Assembly: GCA_046292385.1 (NCBI GenBank)
Contig: JBKBRF010000001.1
Span: 223,305-287,304 of the forward strand
Length of the DNA stretch: 64,000 nucleotides
DNA from: Armatimonadota bacterium
Lineage (GTDB): Bacteria > Armatimonadota > SYMT01
Direction: 5' to 3'
The notes below the pieces were generated by a model. That model saw only the letters and a program-made list of their open reading frames with translations, did no database searches and was not told the origin of the DNA. Position numbers and translations under genes: made by a program. Of this stretch, positions 50,883 to 59,088 are shown one piece after another (positions within the stretch are counted from its first letter, which is position 1; the number at the start of each line of letters is the position of its first letter).

Positions 50883-51503
50883 ATGTTTACCGGGATCATC
50901 GAAGAGGCGGGCCAGGTGCTCCGGGTCCAGTCGCAGGACGAGGGCGCCCGCCTCGAGCTGGAAGCCCCCGCGGTGGCGGCTGACGTCCGCCTGGGCGACA
51001 GCGTGGCGGTGAACGGCGTCTGCCTCACCGTAGTGGCGCACGAGGGACCGCGCCTCGCGTTCGACGCGGTCCGCGAGACGCTGCAGCGCTCCAACCTCGG
51101 CACGCTGCGTCCCGGCCACCGCGTGAACCTGGAGCGCCCCCTGCGCGCCGGCGGCAGGCTGGACGGCCACCTGGTGCAGGGCCACGTGGACGGCACCGGC
51201 GTGTTGAGCTCCGTCGTAGAAGAGGGTGGGTCGCACCGGCTCCGGTTCCAGGCGCTGCCCTCGCTCCTCCGCTACGTGGTGGAGAAAGGCTCCATCGCAG
51301 TCGACGGGATCAGCCTCACCGTCGCGGCGGTCGGGCCGGACTGGTTCGAGGTAGTGATCATCCCGCACACCTGGCAGGTCACCAACCTCTCCGGCCGCGG
51401 GCTGGGGGAGACGGTGAACCTGGAGGTCGACATCCTGGCGAAGTACGTGGAGCGGCTCCTGGCGGGGCGGCTGCCGGACGCCGGAGCGCCCGGGGGCGCG
51501 TAA
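50883..51503 (+). CDS. ribE: Riboflavin synthase
   Basis: MFTGIIE, GDSVAVNGVCLTV, VNLERP, GHLVQGHVD, KGSIAVDGISLTV, VNLEVDILAKY. Confidence 0.96.
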   Translation: MFTGIIEEAGQVLRVQSQDEGARLELEAPAVAADVRLGDSVAVNGVCLTVVAHEGPRLAFDAVRETLQRSNLGTLRPGHRVNLERPLRAGGRLDGHLVQGHVDGTGVLSSVVEEGGSHRLRFQALPSLLRYVVEKGSIAVDGISLTVAAVGPDWFEVVIIPHTWQVTNLSGRGLGETVNLEVDILAKYVERLLAGRLPDAGAPGGA

Positions 51504-51546
51504 GAAGTAACAGGGCCGCAGCAGCGGCCCGGCAAGGAGGAGCGGC

Positions 51547-52797
51547 ATGCCGTTCTGCAGCGTGGAAGAAGCGATCCGGGAGATCCGCGCGGGCAAGATG
51601 CTCGTGGTGGTCGACAGCGAGGACCGGGAGAACGAAGGCGACCTGGTGATGGCCGCCGAGTGCATCACTCCGGAAGCGATCAACTTCATGGAGACGCACG
51701 CCCGCGGCTGGGTCTGCGTGCCGCTGGAGGGACAGCGGCTCGACCAGCTCGATCTGCCGCTGATGGTCGCCCGCGGCACCGCCCGCCTCGGGACCGCGTT
51801 CACGGTGACGGTCGACGCCCGTTACGGCACCACCACCGGCATCTCCGCCAAGGAGCAGGCCCACACGATCCAGGTGCTGCTCGATCCGGACACCCGGCCT
51901 TCCGACCTGCTGCGCCCCGGCCACGTGCGCCCGCTTCGGGCCGCACCGGGCGGCGTGCTGCTGCGCGCTGGGCACACCGAGGCGGCGGTCGACCTCGCCC
52001 GGATGGCCGGCTTCCAGCCCGCGGGCGTTATCTGCGAGATCAAGCGGACCGACGGCGAGATGGCGCGCGTGCCCGAGCTGACGGAGTTCGCCGCCGAGCA
52101 CGACCTGAAGATCCTGACGATCGCCGATCTGATCGCCTACCGCCGCCAGACCGAGAAGCTGGTCAGCCGGGAGGCGAGCTGCCGGCTTCCGACGAAGTTC
52201 GGGGAGTTCGTGGCGCACGCCTACGAGACGACAGTCGACAGCAAGCCGTACCTCGCGCTGGTGCTCGGCGAGATCGATCCGGAGGAGCCGGTGCTGGTGC
52301 GCGCCCACAGCGGCTGCGTCACCGGCGATATCCTTCACTCGCTGAAGTGCGACTGCGGCAAGCAGCTCCACCGTGCGCTGGAGCGGATCCAGCGGGAAGG
52401 ACGCGGCGTGCTGCTCTACCTGCAGGGGCACGAGGGGCGCGGGATCGGCCTGACCAACAAGATCCGGGCCTACGCGCTGCAGGACGCCGGGATGGACACC
52501 GTAGAGGCGAACCAGCACCTGGGGTTCCCCGCGGACATGCGGGACTACGGGATCGGCGCGCAGATCCTCTACGATCTCGGCGTGCGCAAGATGCGGCTGA
52601 TGACGAACAACCCGCGCAAACGCTCCGCTCTGCACGGCTACGGCCTCTCCGTAGTGGAGATCGTGCCGCTGAGCGGCGGGGTGACGGAGGAGAACCAGCG
52701 CTACCTCCAGACCAAGCGGGACAAGCTGGGACACATGCTGCCGACCGACCTGCGCGTCGAGGCCGAAGATGAAGCGGCGGGCCGGCTCGACGCGTAG
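51547..52797 (+). CDS. ribBA: Bifunctional DHBP synthase / GTP cyclohydrolase II
   Basis: [35 protein letters not shown]...[30 protein letters not shown]. Confidence 0.96.
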   Translation: MPFCSVEEAIREIRAGKMLVVVDSEDRENEGDLVMAAECITPEAINFMETHARGWVCVPLEGQRLDQLDLPLMVARGTARLGTAFTVTVDARYGTTTGISAKEQAHTIQVLLDPDTRPSDLLRPGHVRPLRAAPGGVLLRAGHTEAAVDLARMAGFQPAGVICEIKRTDGEMARVPELTEFAAEHDLKILTIADLIAYRRQTEKLVSREASCRLPTKFGEFVAHAYETTVDSKPYLALVLGEIDPEEPVLVRAHSGCVTGDILHSLKCDCGKQLHRALERIQREGRGVLLYLQGHEGRGIGLTNKIRAYALQDAGMDTVEANQHLGFPADMRDYGIGAQILYDLGVRKMRLMTNNPRKRSALHGYGLSVVEIVPLSGGVTEENQRYLQTKRDKLGHMLPTDLRVEAEDEAAGRLDA

Positions 52798-52823
52798 CTT
52801 CAAAGGAATCTGGGAACAAGGCG

Positions 52824-53300
52824 ATGGCGAATGAAATCCAGGGTCGGCTCACCGCCGCCGGGGTCCGGGTCGGAATCGTGGTGGCTCGCTTCAACGAGCT
52901 GATCACCAGCCAGCTGCTGAAGGGCGCGGAGGACGCGCTGCTCCGGCACGGCGGCGATCCGGACGCCGTGGACGTGGCGTGGGTGCCCGGCTCCTTTGAG
53001 ATTCCGGTGGTAGCGCAGCAGATGGCCCGGTCCGGGAAGTACGACGCCATCGTATGCCTGGGCGCGCTGATCCGGGGGGCGACGAGTCACTATGACCACC
53101 TCGCCGCCTCCGTGACCGGCGCGCTCCTCGGCATCTCGGTGGAGAGCGGCCTTCCGGTGGTGAACGGGGTCCTGACGACGGAGACGATCGAGCAGGCGCT
53201 GGAGCGGGCGGGAACGAAAGCGGGGAACAAAGGCTACGATGCCGCGGTGACCGCTCTCGAGATGGCCTCCGTGCTCCGGCAGCTCGGCTCCGCCCGTTAG
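52824..53300 (+). CDS. ribH: 6,7-dimethyl-8-ribityllumazine synthase
   Basis: [47 protein letters not shown]. Confidence 0.96.
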   Translation: MANEIQGRLTAAGVRVGIVVARFNELITSQLLKGAEDALLRHGGDPDAVDVAWVPGSFEIPVVAQQMARSGKYDAIVCLGALIRGATSHYDHLAASVTGALLGISVESGLPVVNGVLTTETIEQALERAGTKAGNKGYDAAVTALEMASVLRQLGSAR

Positions 53301-53343
53301 CCCATGCGGCGCTTCCCCGGGAAGAGTAGGGAAGCGGAACAGC

Positions 53344-54438
53344 ATGGGACAGGCGGTGCGCAGTAATCTGATGGCCTTCGTGATCGGCTTCGTCACCTGC
53401 GCGGCGGCAGCGCGGCTGATGCTGCCGACCCCGGTGGCGGCGGTCTCGCCCGGCAGCTTTAGCACGGCGAACCCGGCCGACGTGGTGGCGGCAGTCGCCG
53501 CCTCCGTCGTGAACCTGGAGGTCTACGACCAGACCGGCGAGGGCGGCGAAAAGGAAGGCGTCTGGCCGCGCCTCCTCGGCATTCCGGCCGGCGTGCCGGG
53601 CGACCCGAGCGCCGTCGCCTCCGGCGTGATCATCGACTCCAAAGGCTTCATCCTCACCAACGATCACGTCGTGGAAGAGGCCGCCCGCATCCGGGCGCGG
53701 CTCTCCGACGGCCGCTCCTTCGACGCCAAGGTCGTCGGCCGAGATCCGCACACCGACCTGGCCGTGGTGAAGATCGACGCGGGCAACCTCCAGCCGGCGC
53801 GCCTGGGCGACTCCCGGCACGTGCGGCCCGGCGACTCGGTGGTCGCCATCGGCAACCCGCTCGGCTTCGAGAGCAGCGTGAGCGTGGGCGTGGTCAGCGC
53901 CAACCGCGAGGGGCCCTTCCGGATCGACGGCCGTACCCTGGGCGACATGATCCAGACCGACGCGGCGATCAACCAGGGCAACTCCGGCGGCGGTCTGTTC
54001 ACGGCGGACGGCAAGCTGATCGGGATCAACACCGCGATCATGGTCGCCAAGGGCGGCAGCGGCAGCATCGGCATCGGCTTCGCCACGCCGACTCACCGCG
54101 CTCGCCCGGTGCTCGAGTCGCTGATCGCCGAGGGCAAGGTCAGCCGCCCCTGGCTCGGCATCCGCTACCGCAACCCGAGCTCCGGTTACCTGGTCCGCCG
54201 CGCGCGGCAGGGGGTCGGTCTGATGGTCGAGGAAGTGCTCCCCCGCAGCCCCGCCTCTCTCGCCGGCCTGATGCCGGCCGACATCCTCCGCCAGATCGGC
54301 GAGTGCCCCATCCGCAGTGCCGACGACATGTACACCTTCATGGCGCGCTACCAGCCGGGGCAGGAGGTGGAAGCCCGGGTGCTGCGCGGCGGCGTGGAAA
54401 AGAAGCTGCGGCTGAAGCTGGCGGCCCGGCCGGAGTAG
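53344..54438 (+). CDS. HtrA/DegP-family serine protease with one PDZ domain
   Basis: ASGVII..GFILTNDHVV, TDLAVVKI, IQTDAAINQGNSGG, RPWLGI, SPASLAGL. Confidence 0.92.
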   Translation: MGQAVRSNLMAFVIGFVTCAAAARLMLPTPVAAVSPGSFSTANPADVVAAVAASVVNLEVYDQTGEGGEKEGVWPRLLGIPAGVPGDPSAVASGVIIDSKGFILTNDHVVEEAARIRARLSDGRSFDAKVVGRDPHTDLAVVKIDAGNLQPARLGDSRHVRPGDSVVAIGNPLGFESSVSVGVVSANREGPFRIDGRTLGDMIQTDAAINQGNSGGGLFTADGKLIGINTAIMVAKGGSGSIGIGFATPTHRARPVLESLIAEGKVSRPWLGIRYRNPSSGYLVRRARQGVGLMVEEVLPRSPASLAGLMPADILRQIGECPIRSADDMYTFMARYQPGQEVEARVLRGGVEKKLRLKLAARPE

Positions 54439-54489
54439 CCGCACTCCGTGGGGGTGGCTCGCCAGCACCGGCAGTCGGCGCTCTTCGGC

Positions 54490-54596
54490 GCGGCCTAACC
54501 CCCCAGCCCCCTTCCCTGAAGTGGAAGGGGGAGCAGGCTTGGCTATCACCGATAGCTCCCCTCTACTCTCAGGAGAGGGGCCTGGGGTGAGGCCGC
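54490..54596. repeat. REP-like nested inverted repeat between convergent genes
   Basis: GGCCTAACCCCCCAGCCCCCTTCCC..GGAAGGGGGAGC ... GCTCCCCTCT..GAGAGGGGCCTGGGGTGAGGCC: two inverted copies, each with an internal hairpin. Confidence 0.7.
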
Positions 54597-54751
54597 GTTT
54601 GCCGCATCACTGCCCGGTTTCATCGCGCAGAGACTGACGGACTGCTGACCGAGGCGGGCACCAAGCCGGGAGCGAGGCCAGCCCGTGGCGCGCCACCTCT
54701 GTGCGGTCCGTCTATTGGTTCCTCTGTGTCCGTTTGTGTCGAGAAAGAGCC

Positions 54752-55666
54752 TCAGGAGCCCGGAAGCGACTCCAGGCGCTCCTCGATCTGGCGGCGGAGC
54801 GACTCCTCCGGCAGCAGGCCGCTTGCGTCGGCGACCGTGGGGTGCGGGAGCGGCTCCGGGGCGACGATCCGCACCTCTTCATTCTCCACGCTCACCGGAT
54901 AGAGGCTGATCCCTTCCTGGGCGGGGCCGCTCACCTGCTGGCCGGTGACGACGTTGAACTGCGAGCCGTGCCAGGGACAGGTCACCACCCCGCAGGCGAG
55001 GGCGCCGTCGGAGAGCGGACCGCCTTTGTGTGGGCAGTGGTCCTGGAAGGCGACGATCCGGTTGTCGACGCGCGCGACCACGATCCGGTGGCCGTTCAGG
55101 TGGACCAGCTTCATCTGGCCCGGCTTCTCGAACTCGCTCATCTCCGCCACGGAGATCCGCTCGCCGGCCGGTCCCTCCAGCTTGCCGCTTTCCCGGTGGC
55201 GGGTGGCGTTCGGGCCGCGGTGGTCTACCCCGATCTGGTTCCGGTAGACGAGTGTGCCGCCGAGCCAGCCCGAGTACATCAGCCCGGCCATGCCGACCAG
55301 CGAGAGCGGAGTGCCGAGCCAGCGGCCCCAGCGGTCCGGGGAGCGCTTCCGGAGCAGCAGGTTGAGCGCATACAGCCCGGTGATGCTGACGTTCATCAGC
55401 CCGTGCGTGGCGCCGCGCTTCTTGGCGGAGCTGTTCGGCGGAATGACGGCGAAGTAGTCGATCGCGCCCGGAACGGCCGCCGCCAGCGCGCCGATGATCC
55501 CCGCGAACATCATGTCGTCCGCGCTCCGGCGGAGCTGGTCGGCCCCATCCCCGTCCTTCGCCGCGGAAGCGAGATCGTAGGCAAAGCTGCCGGTCCAGAG
55601 ACCGATCGGCAGCGCGATGAGCATCGGGTGGATCGGGTGGCTTCCGATCGAGGCTCGGCTCTTCAC
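54752..55666 (-). CDS. DUF2231 membrane domain fused to a Rieske [2Fe-2S] ferredoxin
   Basis: HPIHPMLIALPIG, HGLMN, GWLGGTLVY (DUF2231-like); CPHKGG...CPWHGS (Rieske); GTG at 55666 with AAGGAG RBS. Confidence 0.85.
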   Translation of the reverse strand: MKSRASIGSHPIHPMLIALPIGLWTGSFAYDLASAAKDGDGADQLRRSADDMMFAGIIGALAAAVPGAIDYFAVIPPNSSAKKRGATHGLMNVSITGLYALNLLLRKRSPDRWGRWLGTPLSLVGMAGLMYSGWLGGTLVYRNQIGVDHRGPNATRHRESGKLEGPAGERISVAEMSEFEKPGQMKLVHLNGHRIVVARVDNRIVAFQDHCPHKGGPLSDGALACGVVTCPWHGSQFNVVTGQQVSGPAQEGISLYPVSVENEEVRIVAPEPLPHPTVADASGLLPEESLRRQIEERLESLPGS

Positions 55667-55768
55667 GGCGGGCACTCCTTCGCCTGGCCGGCACCCACCC
55701 GGGCGGTGGGCCGCAGTCACAGGCCAGGCTTATTTGCCCTCCCGCAAACAAGCTCCAAACAAGTCTGG

Positions 55769-55872
55769 AGAAGGAAGACGAAAGAAGAAAGAAGCCTCTC
55801 ACGAAGTCTTGGCCGCGCCGGCGAGAGGTGGTGTCCGTCGTGCCCGGTTCTTTCCTCTCTCATCTCTCCTCT
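55769..55872 (-). repeat. Heptamer-periodic inverted repeat forming a 25-bp RNA stem on the transcribed strand
   Basis: Arms at about 55769-55793 and 55848-55872; on the minus strand the differences are five G:U pairs and one mismatch. Confidence 0.7.
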
Positions 55873-56807
55873 AAAGGTCTTGTCATCCGCCAACACCGGT
55901 GGATCTTCTTGTTCCGGTAGTCTTCCGGAATGGTCAGCGCGGTGATCTCGTGCCGGTCGGCGGGGAGCAGCTCCTCCTCTTCCAGGTGGAAGCCGCGGTA
56001 GTTGGTGCTGAAGTAGAGCACGCCGCCCGGGTCGAGCAGCCGCAGGCACCCGTTGATGATCTCCACGTGGCGCTGCTGCACGTCGAAGACCTCCCGCATC
56101 TTCTTGGAGTTGCTGAAGGTCGGCGGGTCGCAGACGATCAGGTCGAAGCGCCGCCGCGCCCGCAGCGCCTCCGGCAGCCACTGCAAGATGTCCGCGCGCT
56201 CCAGGCGGTTGGTCTCCGTGCGGAGGCCGTTGAGCTCGAAGTTGCGGGCCGCCCAGGCGAGGTAGGTGTTCGAGATGTCGACGCTGGTGGTGCCGGCGGC
56301 GCCGCCCGCGGCGGCGTAGACGCTGAAGCTGGCGGTGTAGCAGAAGAGGTTCAGCATCCGCCGGCCTTCCGCTTCGTCCTGGACCATCTTGCGGGTGGTG
56401 CGGTGGTCCAGGAAGAGGCCGGTGTCGTGGTAATCGGAGAGGTTCACCCAGAACTGGTGCCCCTGCTCCCGGACTACGAACTCCTCTCGCTCCTCGGCGA
56501 CCTTCTCATACTGGGAGAGACCGCGCTGGCGGGCGCGCTCCTTCAGGTAGAGGTGGTCGTCGTCGACCCCCAGGCCTTCTTTCACCTCGCGGACCACTTC
56601 GTCGAGCCACGCCTCGCGCTGCTCCGGCGTCTCATCCTTCTTCCGGTGCATCGCCCAGACCAGCGCGCGGCCGTCGTACCAGTCGACCACCAGCGGCTGG
56701 TCCGGAATGTCCTTCTCGTAAAGCCGGAAGCAGGTGACGTCGCTGCGCCGCGCCCACTTCCGCAGGTGCCGGTAGACGCGCTGGAGCCGGTTGGCGAGCA
56801 TACCCAT
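55860..56807 (-). CDS. Stand-alone RlmK/RlmI-like SAM-dependent rRNA methyltransferase (C-terminal half of RlmKL)
   Basis: ANRL...KWARR...FRLYEKDIP, FWVNLSDYHDTGLFLDHR, LNLFCYTASFSV, SVDISNTYL.WA..N, DPPTFSNSK, IPEDY...IHRCW. Confidence 0.88.
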   Translation of the reverse strand: MGMLANRLQRVYRHLRKWARRSDVTCFRLYEKDIPDQPLVVDWYDGRALVWAMHRKKDETPEQREAWLDEVVREVKEGLGVDDDHLYLKERARQRGLSQYEKVAEEREEFVVREQGHQFWVNLSDYHDTGLFLDHRTTRKMVQDEAEGRRMLNLFCYTASFSVYAAAGGAAGTTSVDISNTYLAWAARNFELNGLRTETNRLERADILQWLPEALRARRRFDLIVCDPPTFSNSKKMREVFDVQQRHVEIINGCLRLLDPGGVLYFSTNYRGFHLEEEELLPADRHEITALTIPEDYRNKKIHRCWRMTRPLEER

Positions 56808-56909
56808 GGCAGGTCTGATTCTGATCGTGTTTAAGCGGCCGGGCTCCCCAGGTAGGCAATGTCTGGAGCCTAGCTGAATGCGCGGGGGACGGGCCGCGGG
56901 AGAATTCTG

Positions 56910-57818
56910 ATGGTCGCGATCGATCTGGTCCGGGGGCAGACTACCAGCAGCGAGACTCGCTTCGCAAGCCTGGAAGAGGCGGAGCCGCGGAGCGAGTACA
57001 ACTACTCGCATTTCGGCACTCGCCACCTGCTTCGGGACGCGCAGCGCACGTTCGCGGGGCGCGGCATCCCGCCCGGCGCGCTGGCTCCCGACTTCGAGCT
57101 GGAGAAGGTGGGAGGCGGCACGTTCCGCCTGAGTGATCTTCGCGGGATGCCGGTGCTGCTCCATTTCGGCTCCTTTACGTGACCGGCGACGGTTGGCACG
57201 GTCGTGCCGCTGCGCGATTTGCACGCTGTCTGGGGAGACCGGATCCAGTTCGTCGACGTGGTGATCCGCCAGGCGCATCCCGGCCCGGGAGTGCGGCCTT
57301 ACCACACCTTTGAAGAGAAGCGGAGGGACGCGGAGCGCTACGCCCGGGAGGAGCGAATCCCGTGGACCGTGGCTGTCGACGACCTGGACGGCACCGTCCA
57401 CCAGGTCTACGGCGGGATTGCGGATCCGGCCTACCTGATCGGAGCCGACGGGCGCGTCTCGTTCTACAGCATGTGGACCAACGTCCCGGAGCTGGAGAAG
57501 GCGCTCGGCGAGCTGATGACCCAGGACTGGCAGGGGGTGGTCCGCGGCGGCCTGCTGCGCCGGCCGGACATGGTCCCGATCCTGACCGAAGGCTGGCCGG
57601 CGCTGGAGCGCGGGCTGCCGCAGAGCTACCTTGACCTGGAGCTGGCGGCGCCGGGGAGCGCCACGCTCTCCTGGCTCGGGTACCAGCTGCGGCCGGTGGT
57701 CCAGCCTGCCGCGCGCGCGGTCACCTCGCTGCCCGCGCCGGCCCGGGTGGGGCTGGCGATCGGAGCGATCGGCCTGGCGGTGTTTGGCCTCCGGGCCCTG
57801 GCACGGCGGCGCGGGTAG
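56910..57818 (+). CDS. Deiodinase-like thioredoxin-fold selenoprotein (UGA at 57180-57182 read as Sec), 302 aa, C-terminal TM
   Basis: ORFs 56910-57182 and 57204-57818 are in frame across a single TGA, giving APDFEL...PVLLHFGSFT-U-P...VVIRQAHP; this resembles deiodinase PLVLNFGSCTUP...YIxEAH. Confidence 0.82.
57190..57212 (+). promoter_or_regulatory. Candidate bacterial SECIS element
   Basis: CGGT-(bulged T)-GGCAC-GGTC-GTGCC-GCTG; G-starting apical loop begins after a 17-nt spacer from the UGA. Confidence 0.72.
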
Positions 57819-57826
57819 GAGCCGAG

Positions 57827-58927
57827 ATGGAGCTGCGGCCGGTTTCCGACCAGGTAGTGGTGGTGATGGGTGCCTCCAGCGGGATTGGCCGCGACGTCGC
57901 CCAGCGCTTCGCCGCGCGCGGCGCGCGGGTGGTCCTCTCCGCGCGGGACGCCGACGCGCTGGCAGCGCTGGCGGCGGAGATCCGCGCGGGCGGCGGCGAG
58001 GCAACCTGCTGTCCGGCCGACGTGGCCGTGTTCGAGCAGGTGCGGTCCGTGGCCGACTTCGCCGTCGCCAGGTATGGGCGTCTCGATACCTGGGTGCACC
58101 TTGCCGGAGTGGGGCTCTGGTCCCGCGTGGACGACATGCGGCCGGAGGAGTGGGACCGGGTGATCGCGGTCAACCTGAGCGGCCAGGCCTACGGCGCGAT
58201 GGCGGCGCTGCCGCACCTGCGGGCGCAGGGGCGGGGGAAGCTGATCCACGTCTCCTCCCTGGAGGCAGCGACCGCGCTGCCGTTGCAGAGCGCATACGCG
58301 GCGTCGAAGCACGGGGTGCGGGGGTTCGTGCGCGCCCTGCGGATGGAGCTGCAGAGCGAGGGGAGCGGGATCGACGTGACGGAGGTGCTGCCGTCCGGGA
58401 TTAACACGCCGCTCTTCGATACCGCCCGCACCCACATCGGCGTGAAGCCGCGGCCGCTCCCGCCGATGTACGAGCCGGAGGTGGTGAGCGACGCGATCCT
58501 CTACGCTGCCGAGCACCGGACCGAAGAGGTGGTGGCGGGCGGCGGGGGCAAGCTCGCGGAGCTGGCGCAGCGGTACGTGCCGCGCCTCTGGATGCGCGCC
58601 CTCGTCGCGCTGGCGCCGCGACTGCAGCGGACGGCGGAAGCGAAGGGGGAGGGCGCACCGGACAACCTGTTCCACCCGGCCGAGGGGCCCAGGCCGGCAC
58701 ACGGCACGTTCGGCGGTGAGTCGCGGCGCGTGAGCCTCTATACCTGGTCGCGCACTCACCCGCTCGCCGCCGGTGCCGTCCTGGCGCTCGGAATTGCCGC
58801 GTTTGCGGCCCTGGCCTCCCGGGGCCGCGGCACGACACCCGACCACGGCGCTTTTGGGCCCTGCTCCGTCCCGGCGGACGATCCGGCGGTAGAGGCCGAG
58901 CAGTCGTGCAGCCTCCGGGCGTCCTGA
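57827..58927 (+). CDS. SDR-family oxidoreductase with C-terminal TM
   Basis: VVMGASSGIG, DV, SS, YAASK, PSGINTP; TM LAAGAVLALGIAAFAALA. Confidence 0.9.
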   Translation: MELRPVSDQVVVVMGASSGIGRDVAQRFAARGARVVLSARDADALAALAAEIRAGGGEATCCPADVAVFEQVRSVADFAVARYGRLDTWVHLAGVGLWSRVDDMRPEEWDRVIAVNLSGQAYGAMAALPHLRAQGRGKLIHVSSLEAATALPLQSAYAASKHGVRGFVRALRMELQSEGSGIDVTEVLPSGINTPLFDTARTHIGVKPRPLPPMYEPEVVSDAILYAAEHRTEEVVAGGGGKLAELAQRYVPRLWMRALVALAPRLQRTAEAKGEGAPDNLFHPAEGPRPAHGTFGGESRRVSLYTWSRTHPLAAGAVLALGIAAFAALASRGRGTTPDHGAFGPCSVPADDPAVEAEQSCSLRAS

Positions 58928-59088
58928 GCGGGAGCCGGCGCAGGTGATGGCGATTTAACACTGGACGGGTTGCAGGTCGCTCGCTAGGGGACCAATAATC
59001 CGGTGGGAGGGCATGCGTCGCAGCCGCGCGCCTCCGGATATTCACCGCTCCGCTCACCCTCGCCCGCTGCACCCCAGGTACCCGTTCC

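Noticed and set aside
57180..57182. Nonsense mutation (pseudogene) in the redoxin gene
   Set aside because: The stop is UGA exactly at the catalytic Cys/Sec column with a SECIS-like hairpin, so recoding is more parsimonious (pending a sel gene check).
56808..58004. N-terminal 400 aa of the 714-aa minus-strand ORF (full RlmKL fusion)
   Set aside because: The extension has no RlmL/THUMP motifs and is antisense to the selenoprotein and SDR; the real start is near 56807.
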